A stretch of 64,000 bases of DNA from Trichinella spiralis (Eukaryota), in the NCBI RefSeq assembly GCF_000181795.1, contig NW_003526943.1:5511806-5575805 (forward strand). The letters are read 5' to 3'. How positions within the stretch are numbered: position 1 is the stretch's first letter; each line of letters opens with the position of its first letter. Both the position numbers and the translations under genes were made by a program. Of the stretch, positions 11,614-25,720 are shown in pieces. Under the pieces are notes generated by a model. The model had not been told where the DNA came from and ran no database searches. It worked only from the letters and a program-made list of their open reading frames with translations.

Positions 11614-14600
11614 AACTTGTAATTACTGGCTGTATTTTACAAATAAAATGCATTACTTTAGTTTAGCTTGTTTTTCAAATGAAATTGATTAATTACAAAT
11701 AGCTAAAGAATTCTGGCAATGATCCACGCAAAAGAGAATGATAAATCAGTAATAAGTATGCTCAGTTGCACACAAAGTTGAACTGCTATAAGAAAAAATA
11801 CTATTCATTACCTAAGCATCTACAGATATGGTTAATTGCATGCAGTTCGATTCTAAAATTTTACTGGTTAATTACTTTAAGAATAATTTAATAGCAGTTA
11901 TTAATATGTTGGCTGTTTCTGAACAAAATTTAATGATGAGTGTTGTTTAAAATCATCTGAAAAAGAAAAAAATTAGAAGAAGGTATTAAATCATTAATTT
12001 AACGCAAAATATCACTTATTTAAAGTTGCGTATCATGTAAAAAATGACATTATGGATGGATAACCATTTTTTATCTCAAAAAACTGTTTTTCTCAAAATG
12101 ATGCAAGCATTCTTGAGATATTAGTCGTTTGTGAGTTCCTGTTGTTCACTAAAATAAATTTCCAAGCATAATGAAAATTAACTGGAAAGCTTAATAGCGT
12201 GCCTCCCGTAAACTTATTTTAAAAATCTTAAAAGCGGTTGAAGTACTCTCTAACTGCAATATGGCACTATCATTCATAAATGTTTGTGTAGGTAAAAAGA
12301 TTTTTGAAAATTTCCAATAATTGATTTCAATTTCAGAACTTATGTCATATATGAGAAAAATGAAGATATCATCACCTGTATTTCCAAACATTAAATAAAG
12401 TTATATTCCAAAAAACAAAAGTTGGAAGTAAAGTAAGCGTAATAATCAAAAGCTAGAAATTACTATTTAAACTTTAGATTTTAAAGATATTCTAAAGAAA
12501 ATTAAGTAAAAAGTGCAGAAAGTTCATTATATTTATAATACACATTATGAAAATTTTAATTAATAACGTTTTTTTATTATTCACTTTATAAGTAAATTAA
12601 TTGTTCTCTGCGGAGCAAATTTAAAAATTTAACTTTTTACTTCTTACTGCATTTTTATGAGGGATCATTCTTAAAAACACAACTGTTAGACATAGTAAAA
12701 AATATGTTTAAAATCAAAAAATTAAATTTCATTTCTTTCCGCATTACATTGCTTTTGAGACGCGTGATTATAAGTTAAATTTAAGTAAAAACTCAGTTAT
12801 GCAATGAAATTTCTACAACAAAATTTAATTTACAATAAAAAAATTTTTTTATGAAGTTTCAAATAAAAGTATGCGACATGAAAATAAATTACAACATGCT
12901 TCCTACATATATGATATATGAGGTAATGTAATATTAATTTTTTCCAACTTTCATTGTTTACAAATTTATTGACAATGGTGAAATCAGTCGGTAAAATTTT
13001 AATGGATCGTGCTTTCACAATGTTTAGAAAACATGCTTGAATATAAATTATCAGTTTTGCATCACCAAGTATGATAAATTGCTTAAAATCTAAAATACAA
13101 AGCAAACATTATGGTGTAACTCAATGAATTTTCTACTGTCATCAAAAACAGGCTCGATGCATTTAATCAAAAAAACTCTAATTTATCTGTTTTTTATGAG
13201 ATTGATGAACTGCTAATATGTCAATAATCACTCATGTGCTATGCAGTAATTTTTTGTAATTTATTTAAGTATTTTCATGAAATTTAATTAACATTTAAAA
13301 CTATGCAATTATTATAACATCAAAATGATTCTTTCATAAAAACTTATCAAATAATTAACAATTACAATGAAGCTATTTTCTGAGAGATATTTTCAAACTT
13401 TTGTTTGAAAGTAAATTTTTACTTAAAAATATTCTTTTTTAAGAACATTTTAAAATGTTTAGAAATTATATTTAGTTCAAAAAGTAACGCAATATTTGTT
13501 TTAAGACTTTGCTTTCTTTTTCTTTTTTGAAATGTAAAGTTGTCAGTTAGTTGTTGTTTTTGTTAATGAAGCATTTATTGTAGAACATAATGCTTATTAA
13601 ATATAATTAATCAGCAAACATCTTTTATAATAAATAACTATAATTTTTGTATGAAGCACTAAAAATACAATTCTGTGGAGATGAATGGATCAGTACAAAC
13701 GTGGCATTTACTGTAACTTTATAGCAATAAAATTTCATTCAAATAATGCAAAGAATTTTGCTAGGTGGAATGCATAATTTATTTACATATGCAATAGCTG
13801 CATTAAAAATCAGCCTTGGAAAAGTAAACAAAAAACAACATAATGATTACATTGAACTCTTAACCATACCATTACGTTTATTGTGCTCACAGCAATACAA
13901 AATTCACCTATGTACATAGATATTGCTATTAATATTCAATGCAAATGGCGAAAGTAAGTTTTAATATTAAATATTTTAAAAAGCTTTCAATACATTTGAG
14001 TAAATATTCACTGACTGTATACATACATATTAATATTTATATACACATTCATTTATGTTTAAGTTTTAAATTGTTATAAACCACTGTTGTTGAGCAATGA
14101 TAATATATTTATATATTACGCAGTACAGTCTGAATCTCAGAAAAGTATGCGAATTCAGTAGATTTTGACATTTGATAAAGTGTCAGCGTTTGAAAGAAAT
14201 TTAAAAGGATTGCTGATTTATTGATGGTTGTGATGGATGATTTAATGCACATTTTTACAATATTACAATACTTATTTTTTGATTATTTCTATAAAAATCA
14301 AAAAATTGTTTTCACATCTTTGAAAACTATAAATCAAATGATATGATGAAAAACTAGTAAAATTCATGCTACAAATATTATCTTATCTAAAAGTGTTACG
14401 TTGATTACGTCATTGTACCTAATGTTACACTATTAAAGGAAATTTTTGCTTTGATTGTTTTGAAAATGGATGATATGGAAATCTATTCAAAAAGAAATAA
14501 TTATATATTTTAAATAAAAATATGAAGCACCTGCTAACTTCATTGATTCATTAGACGTTTCAGAGCATCACAAACTAAGCAGTTGCAAGACAAAATTGGA

Positions 14601-16289
14601 AAATAAATCTATTCCATAATCTGATTTGCATATTTCAGTTGAAATGATGTTTTACTAAATTTTACAGAATTCAGCTTAATGGACAAATAAATTGCAATCA
14701 TGTAATAATCACGAGCATGTCTATCAATCAAACTGCAAACATTTATACGAAATACTAAATTTCAAAAGCAAATCATAAAAACACAAAATTATTGTTATTG
14801 TCTTAATTATTTTCATTTCGAACAATAAAAGTTTTATGTATAAAATTATTATAAACATTTAAAATCCAACTGTTGGACGAAGCAAAAATTAAAATAACCT
14901 TTCTAAAATAACATTTTATACTCAGTTATGTACTACTGTCAGGTAAATTTATAGACAGCATGCTGTATAATATTTTATGAATTATTCAATCAAAGTTTAA
15001 AATTGAATATCTATTAGTCATTGTATTAGTAATTCATTTAAGCATGTGCATATATATTTACGTATATGTACCTCAGTTATAAATAGCCTAAAATAAACGC
15101 TGAAAATAGCTGTTCATAAAATAGCATATGTAAAACTTGTTGAGATTTTCGAACTAAATTCGACTAATCATTGCAGTAGTTTTTATAATGTAAAAAGCAT
15201 ATCATACTACACTATTTTTTAATGTAAAGTTTTGCACATATTTTGCCTTAATTATAATTTCAGATTTATATTTACATTACATTTCCGGTATAAACAAATT
15301 ATAAAGATTTGCATATTAGCAGTATGCATCATGTCACAATATTATTGAACTGATTATATAAACGATTCTGGTCAAAAAAATGGATAGAAGACAACATTCA
15401 TAATTGAATAATATCATAAGTTGTTTTGTAATAAAAATTATTCTGCTAACATGTTACATAAAGTATTTAGTGAATTTGACTGGTGATAAAGTAATAGTCA
15501 TTAATTAATATAAGCAATGCATAATACATGCATTCATAATGTGGTTTTCAGGAACACAGGCATGTATTGTTGTGAAATGCTAAAGTGCATTTTCACCGAA
15601 GAAACTTAGAGAAAATAGTTTCAAGATTTAGTTCATATGAAAACTGTTAATCAAATGTGAAGAAAATGAAATAAAATGAACAACTGAAATGGTTTAATGA
15701 AAAATGAAATAATTCCATACTATGCTAGTAAATTTATTCATACTACTCATAAAATGTTTCAATGCCTGCTATGAAAATAAGCTTCTGAAAAATGTCAATA
15801 ACGGTCAGTTAATTTTCCATCCTTTCTAATCTGAATATACGATTGTCGTTTTAAGCAAGAATGCAAACAGCATTTTCAATTTTTATCTAAATTCAGCGAT
15901 TAAATTCCGCTTCTGAAACAAACAAATGGCTTGTTTTTCAGTTTTGTTCATTAATTTTAATTGAAAAAAATTGATTGAAGAATGTTAAAAAAAGAAAATC
16001 ATCTTTGAAATTGTTGTTGTTTGAATTTTTTGAAATAGCTATGTCAATATTCTGTTAATTTTCACGTTGTCACAAAAAGTTATCAGAACGGAAATTCGAT
16101 TCGGTAATTCTATTGATACAGATTACTGATAAACAGCATAATAATAATAATATGATTATGATGACATCCATCCTTTATACAGGATGTAAATTTCAAAATA
16201 TTTTTTGATTATAATAAATAAAGCAAAATTTCAAATGAACAACAACTGAATGAATAAACTGGTCAGTATCGGTTTGGGGAAAAAAGTAA

Positions 16290-16719
16290 AGCAGGAGCAG
16301 CAACAACAGTAGCGTGTTGTTGCCTGTAAAATAATACTATTGTCACGTTTGTAGTTTAGCATCCGCAATCTTTTGACAACAGCGCGTGCTGTATGCTCTG
16401 TCTGCTGTATTAGTTGCAGCTTGTTGGACGTCAGTCACCTTGTTGTCTGTCATTCAGAGATTCTACGATAAAGCAGTTGTTTTCCAAAACATTTCACTTC
16501 CCTTTGTCTTCACGAAATGGAAGAAGAATAAATTTATTCAACTTTCTGCCACAATCTTTGATCCGGCGTCATCGTCTCTGATCCCTCCTGCTTCAATTGC
16601 TTGCTGCTATTCACAACTTTCATAATTAGCTACTTTGCTTTTGGCTGCTTGTTTGTTTGCTTGAAAATCATCTTTCATCAACCAGTACTTCTTTGATAAC
16701 AAAAAAAAAGAAAAATTTT
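16290..16719 (+). promoter_or_regulatory. Putative promoter and non-coding first exon of the SLC12 gene
   Basis: GC-richer island in about 8 kb of AT-rich DNA, with Inr-like TCATTC at about 16450 and a GTAAGA donor at 16720. A TTTTAG acceptor (18149) lies 13 nt before the SLC12 ATG. Confidence 0.3.
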
Positions 16720-18162
16720 GTAAGATTCCATTTTATTACTTTTTATATTTCAATAATCTCTTCTTTTTTGAATCTTCAACTTCACGTTAATAAAGTCCAT
16801 TTCATTCAATCAACTAGTGAAAATTGATTTCGTTGAAATGATTTTTATTCAGATTTATTCAAACGTGCTAAATATACACATATAATGCTGAATGAATAAA
16901 ATGATAAATATTTTGCGCTTCTCTATTTATACATTTTATTTTAAAAGTGGTACTTCACGATTGTGAACAATAAACTGAGAACATATGATAGAAAGTTATT
17001 TGAAATTGTAGTCGATTTTAATGAAAAATTTTTATTTTTCATAAATCTCACATTGTTTCAAATTTATCTAAAAATAAGCAATGATAAAAATTGTAATTTT
17101 TTGTCTCAAACTTTTTGAACATTCTTCTTTTTCCACTAACTTGAACAGGTAATGTCTCAATTTGATCACTTCAAAAATCGTTACATTTGCTGTCATCATT
17201 TTTTCTTATCAATCTATAAAACTGGTGAAAAATATTTCCCATATCGCAAATATTGTTAACATCATTTTGCCTGTCAAAACTGACTGGCAAAATTTCCTTG
17301 TACTAGTGAAGTCTTCATTCGATTTTTGATCAACCTGATCATTATATATTTAATCCTCGTGAAAGGTCACTTTTCGTTTCAGTTGATTTAAATTGTTAAT
17401 GCAAAAATTGACACCCAACTACTGCTGAATTCAGTTCATCACAGTTTTGCATCTTCAATAAGGAGACGAGACTGGAATTTGGTCGAAATATTTCCATTCA
17501 AAATTAATTCTTTCCACTTATCTCACCAATACTGCAGAGTATTTTAAAATTTACCTGTGAAAAAAAACTACAATTAAATTGAAAGAGAAATTAAAATTCA
17601 TTAAATTACACAATTAACACGCTTTTCGCTTTTGAACCAGTTTTGCATTTTCATTGGCCATTGACATTTTACTCTTTTTTTATTAACAATTCATTTCCTT
17701 TTCTAATTTAAGCTACATTATTAAATTAATAACTGCAAATAACACTGGCAGATTATATGCTATTCAACACTGTATGCATGAGATTTTTTTCAACTTATTA
17801 TTATTATTTAATACAACTTTTTTTTCACAAAACTTTTACAAAAACGGCATTTAACATTAGCTTATTGTTATCACAAACTTTTCATTATAAATGATCACAT
17901 ATCGAATATTCTTTAAATATGATGAATCACAAACTATTTAAAAAAACAACATAAATTTTTGAGGTATTTTTATTGTATAATAAATGTTATAAAATTTTGA
18001 TTTGATATGAATAACAACAGCTTAAATTATACTGTAAACATGTAAGAATGAAAATATTCACAAACGTATTTGTGCAAGGTGTACTTTTTACCTTTCCATC
18101 AATTCCACCCTCACAAGCAATAACAGTTTGTCATATGGATTCATTTTAGAAATCAATTTTCA

Positions 18163-21100
18163 ATGCAAAGCGAATCTGGTAAAGAAAACACTGCCTCAGG
18201 GATAATATCCAAAGAAGCAGAATTGCAAGCATCACCTGAAGCGAAATCTACATCCGCTGAATTGCAAAAATCTTCTGGAACAAATTCAGATTCAGAAAAT
18301 GAGCAAATACCAGCGAACAATCGAAATTTGCCCGCAACTGAACCTATGCCTCATCTGCAAAATTATGCTGACAAAGATGTTCATCATTTCACAAATTCAA
18401 ATTTGAAAAAACGCCCAAGTTTGAGCCAGCTTCATTCCGACTCTGTAATCTATCTTGATAATATAATAGATCGTGTAAGTATTATTTTGAAATAATAACG
18501 CAGTTTCTGATTCTTGATATAACTTTGATATAACATTATTTATAGCTAAAAAATTTTAATTCATTTAATGTTAAATGTATTATAGAAACAAGAAGTTCCA
18601 CATCTTGATGGCAAGCAAACAAAAAAGGTGCAACAAAAGTTGGGCTGGATTGAAGGTGTATTAGTAAGTAACAAAAACTGTATATTCGACAAGCAGTCAG
18701 AGTAGAGTGGTTGATTTTAGATAAGAAGTTCATTGAGCGTTTTTGGAGTAATATTTTATTTACGCTTGACATGGATTGGTGCACAAGCGGGCATTGCTTT
18801 GGGAAGCATAATCATCGTTTTGAGTTCATTAATAGGATTGCTTACTGCATTGTCACTTTCGGCATTGTGCACAAATGGTCGAGTTCAAAGCGGTAAGTTC
18901 AGGAAAAACACAAAAAACGCTTGCATTCTGAAGAATTTAATCATTTCAGGCGGTGTATATTATATTGTATCTAGAACTTTGGGGCCTGAATTTGGAGGTA
19001 GTATTGGAATTATTTTTTGCCTTGCCAACGTTACTGCCACAGCAATAACTATAACTGGCTTTGCGGAAACAGTCGTTTCACTTATGGGAGTAAGTAAAAT
19101 GAAGATGCTTGTTCAAATTTAATCATTCGACTGATTATTTATTAGCGATTCCATACTCAACTAATTGATGGAGAAATAATGGACATCCGAATCATTGGAT
19201 GGATAACTGGATGTGTGCTTTTGATGATAGTTTTTACAGGCGTTAATTTTGAAGCGAAAGCACAAATAGTTCTTATGGTTGTATTAGTCGCCTCAGTTTT
19301 GAACTATTACATAGGAACATTCATTCCCATCAGCGAAGAGCAGATGGCACGGGGTGTGACAGGCTATGACAGAAATACACTGAAAAGCAACTTTTTTCCT
19401 GATTGGCGTGGTGAAGATTTTTTCAGCATTCTTGCCATTTATTTTCCAGCTGTAGCAGGTTTTATGGCTGGAGCGAACATCTCTGGAGATTTGAAACATC
19501 CTGAATCAGCTATTCCCAAAGGAACCTTGTGGTCGATGCTAATTACTGGAGGAATTTATTTGAGTGTGCTCTGGGTTACAGGTTCTACTGTATTAAGGTA
19601 AGATAATATTAATTATTAATGAACAGTTTTATATTTCTGATGAACATACACTTTTGTTTTTTTCAAAAGCCTCTCTTATAAACCCTAATTACACGAAACT
19701 TGCTAAAGCTGTCGAATAAAGTGCATAATGTACAATTTTTAAACTTCCATTTAAACTTTTCAAGTTACCTTTTTCTGTCTATAATTTTTTTGATACAAAC
19801 TAGTAGTCTTGTTCAAAATATAAATTAATATAAATGTTTTAATTTTTTGTAAAAATAAAAAAGTGAAATGAATATAAAAGTGAACAAATGATTTTTAATA
19901 ACTGATTGTACATTAGAGATGCGTCTGGTTCAATTGAAGATTTAAGAGATGGAACGTTGACAGACTGTGCCGCAAATTTTACATGTTTGTATGGAACTCA
20001 GAATTCCTATGAGGTATTTTGATAAGTAAAATATGATAATTTGCAATAAATTCTGAATTTATAATTTCAATATAGTAAATTTTGACTAGAGTTTAGAATA
20101 TAAATGATAAACTGTAAAAATTGAACATGAACATGGACTGTTGTACATATACTAAAATTTCTTAACCAAATAATAATTAAAATTTTTATTCTTTAACTTT
20201 AAATTAAGTATTTTTTAAAGTAAAATATTTCTTTCTATATTTTTATCATAAAACAGATTGATATTTGTTTAATTTAACAAAAAGATTTTACTAAATGTTT
20301 GAAATGAAATTAGTAACTTTTCATAAATTAATGAATAATTAATAAATTCATTGAATATTAATATTTTATATTAATAATAATAAAATATTTGTATTTTTGG
20401 AATTATCATTTCAGTTTATAAAGAAAAACAACATTAAGTAATGTAAAAGACTGTTTAGGTTTTGGAACTTGAAGGTGCATGGGGTCCATTAGTAACAGCC
20501 GGGATCTTTGCTGCCAGCCTGAGTTCAGCTCTCGGAGCTATGATATCAGGTCCTAAACTTTTTCAGGTAAAAATTCCATTATTCAATTACTTTCTAATTG
20601 CATTGCTTTTGGTTTAAGGCAGTGGCTAAAGACAAACTATTTCCAAAAATTGAATTTTTTGCGGAGGGTCATGGTCGAAATAAGGAACCTAGACGTGCTA
20701 TTGTCCTTTTGTTTGCTATCAGTATGGCAATTATTGGAATAGGTATATTGTCTTCCAAAATAAAATGCATATACTCTTGTTATGTACTTTGCTTTAGGCC
20801 AAATCAATATTATTGCACCAATAATAAGCAATTTTTTCATGGCTACCTACGCTTTGATCAACTACGCTTGTTTTGATGCTTCTTTTGCAAAAGCACCTGG
20901 TTTTCGACCATCATTTACTTTTTATAACAAGTGGATGTCACTTATTGGAGCACTAATTTGTTTTGGTTTCATGTTTTTAATAAACTGGTGGGCAGCTTTG
21001 ATTACTACTGCATTTGCAATAATGCTTTACGTGTATCTCTTGCGAAGAAAGCCAGGTCAGTTACATTCAAACAAATTATTTGCTTTCATTTACTATTGAT

Positions 21101-23747
21101 CAGCATATATGCTTTTGATTAAAATGTATGGAATCTGTTTCAGATGTAAACTGGGGTTCCAGTTTGGAGGCAAATTCATACTTAAGTGCTTTGAGAAGAA
21201 TGCTAAAACTACAATTTACCCGAGATCACATCAAAACTTATCGTCCTCAAATTTTGCTTTTATGTGGAAGTCCAGTACGACGCCCAGAGTTAATTGACTT
21301 TGTGTCAAATATAACCAAAAACACCTCTCTGCTTATTTGTGGCCATGTGATTCTGGTAATTAATTTTACATTCTACATAACATTTCTCCATTTAAACATT
21401 TTAATATATCACTTTATTATAAAAATATACCTTGATAGACTGGATTTTCAAATGTAGCTTCAATTAATGCATCTGTACGGAGAGCTAATGCTGAGTTTTA
21501 ATATTCAAGTAAAGCATTTTAAATTAAAGTAGGTTAAATGAACTGCTACTTAATGTATGAAGCTGTTTGGATAAAATGAACTAACTAAATTGAAATAATT
21601 TATTAACATTTTTATAATACTGAATTTTTTTTATAAAAAAAGGGCTCACCAAGTGAAAAGGTGTTAGAAGTGGTTGACCGTTACAATAAGCATATGATTG
21701 TCTGGCTAAAAAGTCGAAGAATATATGGCTTTTATTCACCAGTAATTGCACCAAATTTGTCCGAAGGAGCTCATTATTTACTTCAAACAGCTGGCATGAG
21801 CTATTTAAAACCCAATATCTTATTTCTTGGATATAAAAACAATTGGATTGAATCAAACGCTAAAGAAATCAGCGAATATTTTCAACTTATTCAGTATGTG
21901 AATACTTATCGCATCATTTATTACATCGTTTAATGAATGTTTTTATTTTAGCTTTGCATTTGACTATGATAAAGCTTTGATTATTTTGCGTCTTCCTAAA
22001 GGATTTGACATCTCGTCACTACTTAATCAAGAAACAGTGAATGATTCCATTTCGGATAATGTCACTGCTCATGGTGTTCACAATGTTCGTTGCAAATACG
22101 TAAGGAGTGATGGAAGTTCCATCATTGTTAGTCCACTTAGAATGACTGCATCTATGGATAGTGTATTTACGGATACTGTTAGCATAAATTTTGGAGCTTA
22201 TGATAATCCGCGTTTTCATGATAGCAGACTGGATGTTAATTCAGAGGTAACAAATCACCCTTATTAAAATATAATTAATATTAATCTTGAAAATTTTAAA
22301 ATAGTGTTATAAAACTGTAAGCACTAATTAACTTTTGTATGCTGACAGGCTTATCTTGCAGAATTTCCATTTATTTATCATCAGTTACCTTATTTATTGG
22401 CAAGTAAAATGATTAAAGTTAAACAGTGCGCAATGCAATTTTAATGCTTTGTATTTTTTACTTATATTTATCAAGAAAAAACTCTAAAAGATTTCTTTTA
22501 ATTTTCAGTAGCATTTTTATTTATAGAAAGGAATAATTGATGGAAATCCATGTTTCGATATGAATGATTCAGAGTGCATTATGCATGATCGCCGTTATAA
22601 TTCTATGCGGACCAATATTAATGATAGTGAAGTCGATTCATCTATCGATGCAGCATCAATTCGTGATCTAAATTTTGAAATTGTGACGAGCAACACGCAT
22701 GAAGCACTAAAAGGAAGAAAGAAAAGCACAATAATTAGTAAAGTTATGAAAGGAGATAAATGGAAGAAAACTCTCGCCGGTGGTCAGCAACTTAATGTTT
22801 TTAAAAATCGAATAAAGAAAGCTGTTATTGATGTTTGGTGGCTTTGTGATGATGGTGGTGAGTTAAACAAGCAATAAAAATTGATGTTGTAAACTTCAAT
22901 AAATTAATAATTAGCCTGCTAGTATTATTAAAAATGGAAAATTAAGAAATTTTATTAGAATGACATTTGAATATTCCATTTTCAGGTCTTACTATTCTCA
23001 TCCCACATTTACTTACACTGGAAAGGTCGTATCTTGAAGAAGCCAAATTACGTGTTTTTACAGTTGCAACTGATTCAGAAAAGTTTGAAGAACAAAAAAA
23101 AGAGTAAGTCACACTATGATCTATTAAAGTAAAGCATCTTTTAAAAATACTTGTAAAGATATGTTATCATTGTTTGAATTTAAATATTTTCAGACTTTCC
23201 AACTTGTTGGATTCATTTCGAATTGATGTCAAAGATGTTACTGTCATTCCTGATATTTCACAACAACCAAAAGAATCAACGCTGAATGAATTTAATCAGC
23301 TTATTTCAAAATTTAAAGTTGCAGATAGAAACAGTGGTCAGTTAGAAGAGGAACTGCTGGCTGTTGCAACTGATGATGCAGAACTTTCAATGCTAAAATA
23401 CAAGGTATTCATGTTTAATTTAATTTTGAACAATATTTTATATTAAAAAAGTTACTTCATTGAATTTTATGTAAATAATGCTTATCAAATGCGAAATTAA
23501 TAATGCTTATCACAGAAAGTATCTTAAAGACACTTCCTTTTAGACATATCAAACGCTCCGAATACGAGAAGAATTATTAGAAAATTCAAAGAATGCAAAC
23601 CTAGTAGTCATTACCTTACCTGTACCACGACGAAATGGTGTATCAGCAGCACTTTACTTATCATGGTTGGAAATGCTTTCTCGAGATCTGCCGCCTACCC
23701 TACTCATTCGTGGAAATCAAAAGGCTGTTTTGACTTGTGAAAACTGA
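18163..23747 (+). CDS. SLC12 cation-chloride cotransporter, NKCC/NCC clade, multi-exon
   Basis: Spliced motifs [56 protein letters not shown], LSSAL...[68 protein letters not shown] and a C-terminal RDLPPTLLIRGNQKAVLTCEN* (stop 23745-23747). Confidence 0.95.
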
Positions 23748-24949
23748 ATTTCAACCTAAAAGAAGATTTTCATTTTAATTATTAAAGAAAAATTTCCAGT
23801 TTATTATTTTATGCATTTTTTCAGATTAAGCATCACTTTTATTGGACACATTTGTTTCATTGATAATAATTAAATATGAAACTTAGACAACGAATAAATA
23901 ATAATAAATGTAGCAGTAATAAAAAGATAATTGTCATAATAAAATAACTGTAGCAACATAACTGCTTCATATCTATAAAAAATTGTGCAATTATAAGCGC
24001 AGTAAGTTACATATGCAAAACAAAAGCACTTGCCTGTGAGAGAATCATACAAAAATCATTTTAAATTAATAAAAAAACCAATAAAATTTCTTCTTTAAAC
24101 AGTAAGCATAATTTTTACCCAGTTAGATCATTCCTTAAAAATCACATTTTGTAAATTATAAAAATGAAATATGAAAGCATGATGCATATTCTTTGTGCAT
24201 ATGCCTTTATAATAATATGCTTGTATGCGTATACACTGTTTGCAATGTACTTATTATATGTTTGCTGCTACGGTGTTTACTTTACAAATTAGAGTTTAAA
24301 CGTATTTTGAATAAATATCTCCACTTTATGCAAGACATGATTTAGCAAAGGCCTAACTGAAAAGTAAATAAATTAAAACCACTTTCAAAAATTCCAGTAT
24401 CTTTTCTACGTATTCCGTGAAATTTAATGAAATTATATATTGCACTTTCATATTCAATCAATCATATTCAATTTTATTATTAAATTTGCAATTAGTAAAA
24501 TATAACATTTTGTTTATTAAATATTTATGATCATTTTAAAATATTTTTATTTTAACAAAGTAAAATTCAATATCTGGCATTACAGCAGATTACAAGCGTT
24601 TTGTGTTCAATATGGCAGGAGCCAACAGTTATTCAATACAACCACAAACTAAGTAATTAATAACTATCTTTTTTTATTCTTTGCGAGTATTTATTTAGTG
24701 TCTGCGCTTCAGATGCCATCTTGCGCAGTTTCTGCGCATTACAGATAGCTTCTGTAAAATGAACATGCTCTGCCTGAATTGCAATATTTTATGGAAACAG
24801 CCCAAAGATTCCGTTTCACTCGTCCCATCTATGGAAATTGAACTGCATCATTTCTATATATGATGTAATATTTTAAGTGCTTTTTCTGATAGCACAGCTG
24901 TTTACGCTTTGTACTGCCACAGAATTAGCTGTTGATGTATCCATCTGGA

Positions 24950-25720
24950 AGGATTCTCACACAAAGGTTTTGTTCCGTAGGTCATCCATGTGTTGCTGGT
25001 GCACTGTTCAGTGTCACGGGAAGTTTCCAATGTACAGTATAGATGTTAATTTCATCTTTAGCTCTGTAAATGCTTATTCACATTCTCGCAGGATTTGTTT
25101 GGAAAACTTAATGCAGAGAACGGTGGTAAAGCTTCTCACTTTAAATTTCTATTAAAATAACGTAATCAAACGCACAATTACGTTCTCCATTTTTGAACCA
25201 TTTTGGTCTTTTTAGTGTCTGTGACTGTTCCTTTTATTGGAATCTTGTCCAAGAAAATTTGCTGTTCATCTAATTATATAGCACTTTTCCAAGATCAGCT
25301 TGAGACTAATTTCATTTATTTCTACCAGTACTTTTCTGAAGCGTCTGAGATGTTCTTTTTAAGTTTTCACAAAAAGCGATGATACCATCTAAATGCATAA
25401 TATGCATTGTGGGATGCGAAGAGACATTTCCATCGACTGTTTCAATGCTGTTTCAGTGCTGCTACATGGCGTTGTGTAGAACTGATATAGTCAAAGAGAA
25501 ACTAAATGCGTTTTTCCTTCTTCAGCTTATGCAAGTTCAACATACCACTCTCCAAATTAAAAATACATCTAAAAAATATTTCACTCGTGAAAGTGCGTCC
25601 ATTGTGTCACGTATCAAGTGTATGGTTGCTGATACATATTTTTAGTGGGTGTCTAGATGGCAGAGTCAGCGCAGAATGTAGTGATGTCCAGTGGCTCTGC
25701 GATGATGTAAAACGTATTTT
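24950..25720 (-). mobile_element. Decayed hAT-family transposase relic (ZMYM1/P52rIPK-like)
   Basis: Ordered minus-strand fragments FYIIAEPLDIT (cf. FSIIADE..DIS), SSTQR..LKQH*NSRW (cf. S..R...LK.LC.TRW) and LPVT (cf. dimerisation motif LPVT.AS.ERSFS). Large internal deletions and stops. Confidence 0.4.

Noticed and set aside
11650..16250. Short ORFs in the long AT-rich intergenic stretch
   Set aside because: F/I/K/L/N-rich translations typical of random AT-rich DNA, with no exon chain or motif.
21439..21453. Possible 15-nt micro-exon (TGFSN) in an SLC12 intron
   Set aside because: The splice sites are weak and the frame is complete without it. No support.
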